Part shown: positions 33,997 to 43,455 of the stretch, one piece after another | How the letters are laid out: each line of letters starts with the position of its first letter | Numbering within the stretch: position 1 is the stretch's first letter | Source of the DNA: an uncultured delta proteobacterium | GTDB taxonomy: Bacteria; Myxococcota_A; Polyangia; Fen-1088 | Assembly: GCA_963755125.1 (NCBI GenBank) | Contig: CAVWIP010000010.1 | Coordinates: 407,911 to 471,910, forward strand | Direction of reading: 5' to 3' | Length of the DNA stretch: 64,000 nucleotides | Position numbers and translations under genes: made by a program | The notes under the pieces: generated by a model | Told to the model about the DNA's origin: nothing | The model's database searches: none | What the model saw: only the letters and a program-made list of their open reading frames with translations

Positions 33997-35553
33997 TCAC
34001 GGACAGATGGAAGGCGTGTTCAGTTGGCTGCGGATGCCGGAGATGATGCTGCCCCAACCGCTGCCTGGGTTGTACTGACTGATCGAGATCACACCGTCGG
34101 CGATGCGTGCGTTGATGTTGGCGGCCACATCCCAGTTTGGATCGAGACCCGCAGAGGCTCCGGCGGCTCCGTATCCGGTGTCAGCCAGGATCGGCTTGCC
34201 GGTCACCTGGTGCACCCCGGCCCAGGACATGGCGTTGGTGGTCCGGATAAGTGTACTGTTGGCGTCGGTGCCTCCACCCGAGGTGTTGATGAAGGTGAAC
34301 AGGCTCATGTCGAAATTGGGGTACCAGGCGGAGCCGTTGTTGGGAATCCACGGCGAGATGTCCATGGAGAAGAACGCGTTTGGCAACGAACTCTTGAGCG
34401 CGTTCACCAGGGCTGTCATGTTGGTCCCTGCTTGTGCTGGCGTCCAAGGCTGGGTCTGTCCACCGGCGTAGTACTGGTACCAATCCGGCTCCATCTCGAA
34501 GACGATGGGGCGTCCACCCAGGCAGGCCGCAAAACCCGTCGAGTTGCTCGTGTACTGCGAAAGAATCGTTGCCCAATCCTGTGTGATGTACTGCGCGCCA
34601 TAAGTACACAAGGTGCCACCACTGCAGCCGCTCACGTTGCAGTCGCACAGTTTGTTCTGGTTCTTCACGTAGTTGGCAGCGATGTAGGTGACATCCACCG
34701 GGACCAAGCCGGCGAGCTTGCCACCTGAAGCCGATTCGGTGCATACGGAGCCCTGGCTGAAGGTTCCCATCATCCAGCCAGGGGTGAAGAAGTCGAGCTG
34801 AGAGATCAACGACGCGCCATTACTTATCGCTATCGAATCGATCGTGCCGAAATGGAAGCGGCATTGGCTGAAGACCTTGCCCGCCGGTTGCGTGCTGGTG
34901 CTTCCGCCGGTCGGACTTCCGCCGGTCGCAGTGGTGCCGCCCCCTGCTGTCGTCCCGCCCATCGCTGTTGTCCCACCCCGGTTGCTCGCACCGCCCGTCG
35001 CGGTCGTCCCACCAGCAGGCGTGCCGCCCGTCGCGGTCATGCCGCCCCTTGCGGTCGTCCCACCCGCGGTCGTGCCACCCGTCGTACTCATCCCACCCAC
35101 GGTCGTACCGCCTGTCGCAGTCGTCCCACCCCGGCCAGTCACGCCGCCCGTCGGGATACCACCACTTCCACCGGTCGAGGCCGTGGTGGCGCTCGTCGAG
35201 CCCCCCGTTCGCGTGGATCCCCCTGCGCTCGCCGGTCCCGTCGAACCGCCGGAACTCGCTGGTCCCGTCGAGCCGCCCGTGCTCGCTGGCCCGGTCGAGC
35301 CACCCGTGCTCGCTGGTCCCGTCGAGCCACCTGTGCTCGCGGGTTCAGTCGAGCCGCCCGTGCTGCTGTTGCCGCCGGATGTGACAACGGTGGTCTGCGA
35401 ACCCCCAACACCTGAATTTCCTGCCGTCGCGCTTGTGCCTGCGGCTGGACTGCCGGCTTGTGGCGTGCTCTCGCCACTGCCTCCCGTGCATCCCGCAACC
35501 ACCAGGCAGACGAGCGCCGTGCACAAACATAATCCAGAACTTCGGTGATGCAT
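33997..35553 (-). CDS. Lipoprotein with long G/T/S linker and a putative glycoside hydrolase-like domain (distantly GH6-like)
   Basis: VVAGC lipobox, repeat linker, PIVFEMEPDW...ALKSSLPNAFFSMDISPW. The family assignment is an inference. Confidence 0.65.
   Translation of the reverse strand: MHHRSSGLCLCTALVCLVVAGCTGGSGESTPQAGSPAAGTSATAGNSGVGGSQTTVVTSGGNSSTGGSTEPASTGGSTGPASTGGSTGPASTGGSTGPASSGGSTGPASAGGSTRTGGSTSATTASTGGSGGIPTGGVTGRGGTTATGGTTVGGMSTTGGTTAGGTTARGGMTATGGTPAGGTTATGGASNRGGTTAMGGTTAGGGTTATGGSPTGGSTSTQPAGKVFSQCRFHFGTIDSIAISNGASLISQLDFFTPGWMMGTFSQGSVCTESASGGKLAGLVPVDVTYIAANYVKNQNKLCDCNVSGCSGGTLCTYGAQYITQDWATILSQYTSNSTGFAACLGGRPIVFEMEPDWYQYYAGGQTQPWTPAQAGTNMTALVNALKSSLPNAFFSMDISPWIPNNGSAWYPNFDMSLFTFINTSGGGTDANSTLIRTTNAMSWAGVHQVTGKPILADTGYGAAGASAGLDPNWDVAANINARIADGVISISQYNPGSGWGSIISGIRSQLNTPSICP
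35213..35364 (-). repeat. Intragenic 27-bp tandem repeat (STGGSTGPA x5-6)
   Basis: GTCGAGCCRCCYGTGCTCGCTGG recurring at a period of 27. Confidence 0.88.
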
Positions 35554-35591
35554 TTCTCGATCTCCTTGATGGGCGGGGGTGAGCATGGTCC

Positions 35592-35617
35592 TACGCGACG
35601 AGAGCTATCCCTGTTCC
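35592..35617 (-). promoter_or_regulatory. ECF-type promoter candidate
   Basis: GGAAC (35617-35613)-N17-CGTA, about 40 nt upstream of the ATG at 35553. Confidence 0.3.
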
Positions 35618-35834
35618 TAGCAGTAGCGCCCGACGCTGATTCGGTTCAATCGGCCGGGCGTGGACACCGCCACGAAGTTCGCGGGAAACTCCGGGTGGCT
35701 GGATCAAAAGTCACTTCTTCTGTTGGAGGGGGGAACGCGGCCGATTCGTTCCGAAATCTGACGTCATAGCCCGTTGCATTGCACTAAAAAACGGGTTCCC
35801 CCTTTCCGGAGAGCAACCAGGCCCATGACGCGCT

Positions 35835-37235
35835 CTACCAGCGGCCGGTCTTGCGTGCCTCCGCTTTGGGCATGCCCTTCAATGCCTGCAGGTTCTTTTG
35901 GATCTCATCGTCGGGCAGCACGTAATCGGTAAGCCCACCTGACAGGTACGCATCGTAGCCAGACAGATCCATCAGGCCGTGGCCGCTGTAGTTGAAGAGA
36001 ATGACCTTCTTCTCGCCACTTTCGCGGCACTTGTTGGCCTCGTCGATTACCGCCGCGATGGCGTGGCTGGTCTCTGGCGCACAGATGGCGCCCTCGGTCT
36101 TGGCCCAGATCATGGCTGACTCGTAGCACTTGAGCTGGGCGATGGCGCGGGGCTTGAACAAGCCTTCCACAATGCCTTGGCACACGAGCGGCGCCATGCC
36201 GTGATAGCGCAACCCGCCCGCATGGATGGGCTTAGGAATGAAGGTGTGCCCGAGCGAGTGCATGGGCAGAAGCGGCGTCATGCACGCCACGTCGCCGTGG
36301 TCGTACACAAACTGGCCCTTGGTCATCTTGGGGCAGGCCGCAGGCTCGACCGGGATGATAGTCATTTGCGCGCCGTTGATCATGTCTTGGGCAAAGGGGA
36401 AGGCCAAGCCGGCGAAATTGCTCCCGCCGCCCGCGCAGCCGATCACGATGTCAGGCAGCTTCTCGCCCGCCTTCTTGAGTTGGGCCTTGGCTTCGAGGCC
36501 GATAATGGTTTGGTGCAGAAGCACGTGGTTGAGAACGCTGCCGAGCGAATAACGGGTCTGTCCCGTACTGTCGGTCACTGCCGCCTCGATGGCCTCGCTG
36601 ATGGCGATGCCGAGGCTGCCGGGAGTGTCGGGCATGCTGGCCAGGATGGTCCGGCCGGCGTTGGTGAGATTGCTGGGGCTGGCGATGCAGTTTGCCCCCC
36701 ACACCTGCATCATCAGCTTGCGGAAGGGCTTCTGCTCAAAACTGATGCGCACCATGAAGACCTTGCACTCCAAGCCGATCAGGTTGCAGGCGAAAGCAAG
36801 CGCGCTCCCCCACTGCCCGGCGCCAGTCTCGGTGGTCAAGCGCTTGATTCCGAATTGCTTGTTGTACCAAGCCTGAGGAACCGCCGTGTTGGGCTTGTGG
36901 CTTCCCGCCGGGCTGACGCTCTCGTCCTTGTAGTAGATGCGTGCCGGCGTCTTGAGGTACTTCTCGAGGTAGAGCGCACGCCGGAGAGGCGAGGGCCGCC
37001 AGCGGTAGAGAATGTCGAGGATCTCCGATGGAATGTCGATCCAACGCTTGGTGCTGACCTCCTGTTCGATGAGGTTCATCGGGAAGACCGGCGCCAGCAT
37101 GTCCGGGCCCACGGGCTTGCCGTCAGGTCCGAGAGGCGGCAGCATCGGCGTAGGAAGATCGGCCGCCAGGTTGTACCACTGCCGCGGAATCTCGCTGTCG
37201 TTGAGAAGGATCTTTACGTTTTCCATATCTTTCAT
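35835..37235 (-). CDS. trpB2: Tryptophan synthase beta chain type 2 (TrpB2), stand-alone
   Basis: GSHKPN (PLP Lys), [36 protein letters not shown] and SGHG. Confidence 0.93.
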   Translation of the reverse strand: MKDMENVKILLNDSEIPRQWYNLAADLPTPMLPPLGPDGKPVGPDMLAPVFPMNLIEQEVSTKRWIDIPSEILDILYRWRPSPLRRALYLEKYLKTPARIYYKDESVSPAGSHKPNTAVPQAWYNKQFGIKRLTTETGAGQWGSALAFACNLIGLECKVFMVRISFEQKPFRKLMMQVWGANCIASPSNLTNAGRTILASMPDTPGSLGIAISEAIEAAVTDSTGQTRYSLGSVLNHVLLHQTIIGLEAKAQLKKAGEKLPDIVIGCAGGGSNFAGLAFPFAQDMINGAQMTIIPVEPAACPKMTKGQFVYDHGDVACMTPLLPMHSLGHTFIPKPIHAGGLRYHGMAPLVCQGIVEGLFKPRAIAQLKCYESAMIWAKTEGAICAPETSHAIAAVIDEANKCRESGEKKVILFNYSGHGLMDLSGYDAYLSGGLTDYVLPDDEIQKNLQALKGMPKAEARKTGRW

Positions 37236-37631
37236 CCTGTCAGAGGTGAAGCGAAGCGCGACGCCGCAGGAAGACCTGAGGGCCGCCGGGCCAACCGGGC
37301 CGTATTCATATCATATCTCCCTGTCACAATGCGGCCCGGCGTTCTGACGTCCTGACGTCCCCGAAATCGCGCGTTCGCGAGACTGCGCGATGAAGTGTCT
37401 TCAGCCCATGCCGCACCGGGGATCCTCTCGTAGTCCTGCGCGGCAAGTTTTGTCGCACAAGTAGGCACAAGGACGATATATCCCGACACCATGTTGGTTG
37501 TGCGCTGGGCCGCAACCAAGCTTTCTCGAAGGGAGGTTTCGTTTCTCAGGTCTGGTAGCGCAGTTGTTATATTGACGATGGGTTGGTACGCTCGTGGTGT
37601 CTTTTCACTCACCCCAGATGAGGCGCGTTCC

Positions 37632-40364
37632 ATGTCAACAAACACGACTTTTTCCCGTCTCGTTAACTCTGTTCTGAGCAGCCATTGCGCCCTAGTCCTG
37701 GCGGGCGCGGTTGTTCTGTTCGTGGGAGCGAGCTGTTCGAACGCAACGATTGACGCCCCTCCAAAGTCGTCGGGAGGCAACGGCGGCAACGGTGGCAATG
37801 GCGGTGGCGGCGGCAGCGGCGGCGGCAATACTGGGTGTGGCCAGCTTTGCACCAACCCAGGAAGCACACCTATTTCTACAGAGCCGATCAACACCAAGAA
37901 TTGCGGCAACGGCGTGCTGGACACGGGTGAGCAATGCGATGACGGCAACAGGACCAATGGCGATGGGTGCAATGCCAATTGTCAGCTTGAAGCCAACTAC
38001 TTGTGTCCAACCCCGGGGCAGCCTTGCGTTGATCAGCGGAAGTGTGGAAACGGGATTCTGACTTCTGACGAGGCTTGTGACGACGGAAACACGGTCAGCG
38101 GCGACGGCTGCTCAGGAGACTGCAAGACCGTTGAGCCCGGCTACCAGTGTCGCATGCCAGGAAAGCCATGTGTTCCGCTCTGTGGCGACGGCGTGATCAC
38201 CGGCAGCGAAACCTGCGACGACGGAAACACGGTCAGCGGCGACGGCTGTTCGAGTACTTGCCAGCTAGAGCCCGGCTCCTCATGCCCCACACCAGGCCAG
38301 CCTTGCACCAAGGCTCAGTGCGGGAACGGAGTCAAGGAGACGGGTGAGCAGTGCGACTGTGGCAACGATCCGACAAAGCTGCCGACTGGTTGCGAGGGTC
38401 AGAACGGCCTCTTCTACGGCGACGGAAAGGGCTGCTCCAAGACCTGCACCAAGGAGCCCAGTTGTCTCGATTCCTCCGGCAACACCCAGGCTTGCAGTAC
38501 CTCCTGCGGCGACGGAAACATCGACCCTGGTGAGGCTTGTGATGATGGCAATCAGGTGAGCGGTGACGGCTGCTCGAGTACCTGCACGGTAGAGTCTGGG
38601 TTCACCTGTACCCCCACGCAGCAAACGGACTCGTCGCCTTGCACACTGCCTGCGAACGCCGGCAAGCAATGTCTTGAAATGCCTATCATCTATCGCGACT
38701 TCCAGCCCGAGAATGTGTCTCCTGGTGGCCACCCCGACTTCTATTGGCTGGGCAACAAGTGGAACGGTTCCACCTCGCCCACAACCATCTGTGTCCCAAA
38801 CTCGGGCGGGCCGGCCAAGGGAAACGACTCGACAGCGCGCTGCTGGGATATTCCAAGCCCCAATCTCTCGAACGGCAAGCCGGTCTTGAACGCGAATCGC
38901 GCCAACAACCTGTGCGCCTGCCAGTTCAGCGATTGGAACATCGCCAATTCGGGCACCTACATTCCCAGCACATACACGATGGCTGGCAATGACAGCCCGC
39001 TTTCCAACGGGGCTGGCGGCTACCTGGGCGGCAACGCCGGCACCGCCATCACCTTGACCAATGAATCCGGCACTGTCTCTGGCACCCTGGTCGGTTACAC
39101 CGCAAGCAGCCCCGGCGGCCCAATCTTCAAGGGAACGGTGCCCATTGTGAAGGACGCGAACAGCTTTAAGCAGTGGTACACCGATGACAGCACCGTGAAC
39201 AAGACCTTCATCTCGGTTCTCGAAATGCCGGCCATCGGGACGAATCTCTACCAGTACGCCAGCAAGACGCATCTTGCAGGTGCCGACAATGGGTTCTTCC
39301 CCCTCGATACACTGAATCCCAGCCAGGCCACGCTGTGCGACCTGTGGCCCTACTGGAACCATGGCAATGGCACGCCCATCTGGACCACCTGCCAGGGTGA
39401 CCAGTATTTCTTCCCACCCCGCGTGACTCAAGCGGATTGCCCGAACCAGAACCCGTTGAGCAACGGCTGCTGGGTCATGAACACGCCGGGCGTGAAGAAC
39501 GACTCCTACTTCACCGATGAGGCGCGCTACTTCTTCGTGTACAACAGCACGACCGGCTTCACCTTGCAGTTCTACGGCGACGACGATCTCTACGTCTTCA
39601 TCAACGGCATCCTGGTCCTCGATCTTGGGGGCGTTCATCAGATGACGCCGGGCAAGGTCGTTGTCTCGGGTGACCCGGCTACGGCGAACATCATAGAAGG
39701 TGGCTGTCTCGACACGGCCGGGAACCTGCCGACACCAACCCAGGCCACTTATACGGCGGGAGGGTGCACGCCCACAAACGGGGCGACCCCACCGCCTCCC
39801 GGACCGGACGACTTCCGCACCCGAACTGCCAACCTCAACATGAACAACGGCAAGGTCTACGAGATTGCCATCTTCGGCGCCGACCGGCACCCGCCCGAGT
39901 CGAACTACCAGCTCAGTCTCAACGGCTACACCACCACGCTGTCAAATTGTAGTCCTCGGTGCGGCGACGGGATCGTGTCAGGGGGCGAGCAATGCGACTG
40001 CGGCGATGGAACCGGCACGCTTCCTGCGGGGTGCACGGGGCCGAACAACGACACCACCTATGGCGGTTGCAAGACCGACTGCACGTGGGGACCCTTCTGT
40101 GGGGACGGCGTAACGCAGAGCCCGCAAGAACAGTGTGACAATGGCAAGAACAACGGGGCGGACCTCTCGCCGACCGGATGCACGTTCGGATGCATGACAC
40201 CCCACTACTGCGGCGACGGCATCCTCGACACGAACCTGGGCGAGCAGTGCGACCTGGGGCCGAACAACGGCGTGAAGCTGAACGCCGCCGGGGTTCCAGA
40301 CAACGGCCCGGATGGCTATATCCAGTGCACTACTGATTGCATTATTCCGCAGGTTCAGCAGTGA
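37632..40364 (+). CDS. Lipoprotein with myxobacterial Cys-rich (DUF4215-like) repeats and a fibro-slime (PA14-like) domain
   Basis: VGASC lipobox; repeated CGDG...E.CDDGN..SGDGCS; YRDF, HPDF, F.QWY, FFPLD and FYGDDDLYVFING.L.LDLGGVH. Confidence 0.88.
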   Translation: MSTNTTFSRLVNSVLSSHCALVLAGAVVLFVGASCSNATIDAPPKSSGGNGGNGGNGGGGGSGGGNTGCGQLCTNPGSTPISTEPINTKNCGNGVLDTGEQCDDGNRTNGDGCNANCQLEANYLCPTPGQPCVDQRKCGNGILTSDEACDDGNTVSGDGCSGDCKTVEPGYQCRMPGKPCVPLCGDGVITGSETCDDGNTVSGDGCSSTCQLEPGSSCPTPGQPCTKAQCGNGVKETGEQCDCGNDPTKLPTGCEGQNGLFYGDGKGCSKTCTKEPSCLDSSGNTQACSTSCGDGNIDPGEACDDGNQVSGDGCSSTCTVESGFTCTPTQQTDSSPCTLPANAGKQCLEMPIIYRDFQPENVSPGGHPDFYWLGNKWNGSTSPTTICVPNSGGPAKGNDSTARCWDIPSPNLSNGKPVLNANRANNLCACQFSDWNIANSGTYIPSTYTMAGNDSPLSNGAGGYLGGNAGTAITLTNESGTVSGTLVGYTASSPGGPIFKGTVPIVKDANSFKQWYTDDSTVNKTFISVLEMPAIGTNLYQYASKTHLAGADNGFFPLDTLNPSQATLCDLWPYWNHGNGTPIWTTCQGDQYFFPPRVTQADCPNQNPLSNGCWVMNTPGVKNDSYFTDEARYFFVYNSTTGFTLQFYGDDDLYVFINGILVLDLGGVHQMTPGKVVVSGDPATANIIEGGCLDTAGNLPTPTQATYTAGGCTPTNGATPPPPGPDDFRTRTANLNMNNGKVYEIAIFGADRHPPESNYQLSLNGYTTTLSNCSPRCGDGIVSGGEQCDCGDGTGTLPAGCTGPNNDTTYGGCKTDCTWGPFCGDGVTQSPQEQCDNGKNNGADLSPTGCTFGCMTPHYCGDGILDTNLGEQCDLGPNNGVKLNAAGVPDNGPDGYIQCTTDCIIPQVQQ

Positions 40365-40548
40365 CGAATCACCGGTAGGCCGCCAGTGGCGTGGCTGCGC
40401 CCTTTGGACTGTGCCGGGGCACAAGAAGAAGAACAAGGCGTCACGCATGAAGGATCTGTGCGGGTGTCTGCCACGTGCTATGCTGCGCCGAGCAGTGGAG
40501 GTGCGGTTTCATTTCAGATATTGGGCCTGGATGCCGAGGATATGAGCG

Positions 40549-41181
40549 ATGACAAGGGTTCTGTTGGTGGATGACCATGCGGTAGTTCGGAGAGGCGTTC
40601 GCGACATTCTCACCGAGGCGCTGGGAAAGGTTTCGTTCGGAGAGGCGGGAAAGCCCAGCGAAGCCCTGGAGAAGCTGCAAAAGGAATCCTGGGATGTGGT
40701 GGTGCTCGACATCTCGCTGCCTGGCCGCGGAGGGGTCGAAGCGCTCCGGGACATGAAGCGGCTCCGTCCCGCAGTGCCCGTCCTAGTGCTGAGCATGCAC
40801 GCCGAGGAGCACTACGCCTTGCGCGCCTTGCGCGCCGGGGCGTCCGGCTACGTGAACAAGGAGGGAGCCGCCGAGGAGTTGGCCGGGGCTGTGCGCAAGG
40901 TGCTGATGGGCGGGACTCACGTCAGCGCTCGTCTGGCCGAGACGCTGGCCAAGAGCCTGAGCACCGGATCTTCACGGCCCGCGCATGAGCGCCTCTCGGA
41001 TCGAGAGCTTGAAGTCATGCGCGGCCTTGCTGCCGGCAAGACGGTCAAGGAAATCAGCGCCGGGCTGGCACTGAGTGAAAAGACCGTCAGCACCTATCGC
41101 ACGCGCCTCCTGGAGAAGATGCAGATGCATTCCAACGCCGAGCTCATCCAGTACGCTCTGCGCGAAGGCCTGGTCGACTAG
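40549..41181 (+). CDS. NarL/UvrY-family response regulator
   Basis: VDDH, LDISLPG, LSMH, GYVNK, LSDRELEV and LSEKTVSTYR. Confidence 0.95.
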   Translation: MTRVLLVDDHAVVRRGVRDILTEALGKVSFGEAGKPSEALEKLQKESWDVVVLDISLPGRGGVEALRDMKRLRPAVPVLVLSMHAEEHYALRALRAGASGYVNKEGAAEELAGAVRKVLMGGTHVSARLAETLAKSLSTGSSRPAHERLSDRELEVMRGLAAGKTVKEISAGLALSEKTVSTYRTRLLEKMQMHSNAELIQYALREGLVD

Positions 41182-41272
41182 CCCTTCCTGCCGCGCGTGT
41201 AGGACGCCGACCGACAGACTAATCGGACAGCTCCCGGCTGTGGCGAAGCGGCCGAGGTGGGACACTGGACGC

Positions 41273-41671
41273 ATGGCAACCAGTTCCGGACGGCCCACGC
41301 GAATTCTGCTGGTGGACGATCACCCCGCTGTCAGCCAACGCATCGGCGAGCTCCTGGCCGGCACGATACCTGACGCAGAGATGGTTTCGGCGGTGTCCGG
41401 CGAAGAGGGTCTAAGCCTGGCGTGGACTCAGCCGTTCGACCTGGTCCTGCTTGACCTGCGCCTGCCGGGCCGAAGCGGCATCGAGATCCTGAAAGAGCTG
41501 CGGGCCATCAAGCCCCTTCTGCCCGTCATCATCGTCAGTTCGTTGCCCGACTCTCCCTACGCAACGCTGGCACGGCGGGCAGGGGCCATTGATTTCGTGA
41601 CCAAGAGCGCGTTGGTCCAGGACTTGGGGCGCGCCGTGAAGTCGGCGCTCGGGGCCCGGGCCCCAACATAG
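41273..41671 (+). CDS. Single-domain response regulator
   Basis: VDDH, LLDLRLPG, IVSS and FVTK. Confidence 0.88.
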   Translation: MATSSGRPTRILLVDDHPAVSQRIGELLAGTIPDAEMVSAVSGEEGLSLAWTQPFDLVLLDLRLPGRSGIEILKELRAIKPLLPVIIVSSLPDSPYATLARRAGAIDFVTKSALVQDLGRAVKSALGARAPT

Positions 41672-41683
41672 GGGGATCTGGCT

Positions 41684-42607
41684 GTGACGTTCAAGAGCAA
41701 GGAGCCGACTGGGGAAAAGACCCCGGGAAGGATCGAACCAGGATTGACGCCTCTACGCAACAGCCCGACTGACGGCAGGAGCGATCTGCTGCTGGTGATT
41801 GATGGCGCTGGCAGCATTCGCGAGGTCAGCCCCTCGGTTGCGCCCCTTCTGTCCTATCGCCGCGGCCAACTTCTGGGTACCAGTCTCATCGAGATCCTTC
41901 ACCCCGGTGACGTGCCGGTCGTGCAATCCTTGCTCGGCGACCTGACACAAGCAGTGGAAGCGCCCGCACGGGTGCAAATGCGCCTGCGCCAAGCCGATGG
42001 CAACTGGCGCACCTTCGAGGCGCGGGCCCGGGCTGTGGCAGGCCCCAACGACCAGGCCCTGCTCGTGCTTGACGCGTGCGATGTGAGTCCAGGCCAGACC
42101 GATCGGACGGTCGAGCTGCCGGCAATGAAACTCGGCGGCCCGCTCGCGCAGGTCGACGATCGAGTAAGGCCCGGCGATCACGCTTCGTCCGACGAGGTAC
42201 CGAGCCCCGATCTCATCGAGCGAGCAGGCGCGCGCGGTGAAACCGTGCTGGTGGCGCTCGACGATCGTGCGGTGAGCACCCGGGCGTGCACTGTCATGCG
42301 CCTTCTGGGCTACGTCGTGCTCGAGGCCATGAGCCCTGCCGATGCGGAAGGGTTCGCTCGCGTTCATAAGAGCGAGATCCACCTGCTACTCGCTGACCTG
42401 GCCACGCCACGCGTACACGGACGCGAGTTCGTGCGTTCGATGAAGGCGATTCTGCCTGGATTGAAGGCGCTTTTCGTTTCGTGTCAGCGCTACGGATCCC
42501 TGGCTGAGCGTCGGGTCTTCGAAAGCGGCGGCCGTCTCTTGCACGAGCCTTTCACGCCCGAAGAACTGGCCCACGCAGTTCGCCGCGCGCTTGAGAGCGC
42601 GGAGTAG
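41684..42607 (+). CDS. PAS plus degenerate receiver protein (no kinase core)
   Basis: PAS (IHPGD-like LHPGD, RQADGNWR) and receiver (ETVLVALDD, IHLLLAD, HEPF in place of QKPF). Confidence 0.75.
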   Translation: MTFKSKEPTGEKTPGRIEPGLTPLRNSPTDGRSDLLLVIDGAGSIREVSPSVAPLLSYRRGQLLGTSLIEILHPGDVPVVQSLLGDLTQAVEAPARVQMRLRQADGNWRTFEARARAVAGPNDQALLVLDACDVSPGQTDRTVELPAMKLGGPLAQVDDRVRPGDHASSDEVPSPDLIERAGARGETVLVALDDRAVSTRACTVMRLLGYVVLEAMSPADAEGFARVHKSEIHLLLADLATPRVHGREFVRSMKAILPGLKALFVSCQRYGSLAERRVFESGGRLLHEPFTPEELAHAVRRALESAE

Positions 42608-42783
42608 GGACGTTCGCCACCCGCGGTCCGCGGCGCGCGCGTCGTTCTCTTGACACGCTTCCTCCAACGCCGGCCTCCCGCGTTGGCCGTCTATCGGCCT
42701 GCATCATCGAACCGCACACTCTCCTCGCCACGAGAGTTGTTTCCGTGCGATCCTAACTGCCCTATACACCTGAGGAGGCCAAG

Positions 42784-43239
42784 TTGGAACTCAACAAAGA
42801 CTTCGTCAGGCTCCTGCGGGCGCTCGCCGACGTCGACGCGCGCTATCTGCTCGTGGGAGCCCACGCCGTGGATTTTTACGGCCAGGCACGCACGACCCGA
42901 CACATGGACATCTGGCTGGACGACGGGCCTGACAACCTAGAACGCGTCTACCGGGCATTGGCCGGCTTCGGCGCTCCCGCCCTGGCCGTCGAGCACCTGA
43001 GTGCAGCGTCCCCGCTCGAGGTGGTGTGGATCGGTGTTCCCCCCGACCGCATCGATCTGGTCAAGGGCATGCGTGGCCTCCACTTTGCCGACGCATGGTC
43101 GCGCCGGTCGACGACGAAAGTCGACGAAGTCAGCGTGCCCATCATCGGCCGGGACGACCTGATCTCCGCCAAGCGGGCCACGGAACGAGAGAAAGACCTG
43201 GCGGACGCGGAGGCGCTGGTGGCGCAGCGTCCGGGATAG
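42784..43239 (+). CDS. Minimal nucleotidyltransferase-like protein
   Basis: YLLVGAHAV..YG.AR.T, RIDL, DLISAKRA..REKDLAD; GAGGAGG SD with a TTG start. Confidence 0.8.
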   Translation: MELNKDFVRLLRALADVDARYLLVGAHAVDFYGQARTTRHMDIWLDDGPDNLERVYRALAGFGAPALAVEHLSAASPLEVVWIGVPPDRIDLVKGMRGLHFADAWSRRSTTKVDEVSVPIIGRDDLISAKRATEREKDLADAEALVAQRPG

Positions 43240-43455
43240 CGAGAATCCCATCGAAGCCTGTTGATCGTGTGCTGCTGCGGGTCTACTCTGCCGGCGTTGT
43301 GTCGTCCCATCGCTTGCCGGCGCTGGCCGTCCCCGCCAGCCGATTCCTGGACGGATTCGACGGCCCGAAAGCGCACCCAAACCTGGCGTTGTCGGGCCGT
43401 TATGCTCAACGCGCGCCAGCCGCGTAGGCTGAAGCCTTCTGAGGAGATTGTCATC

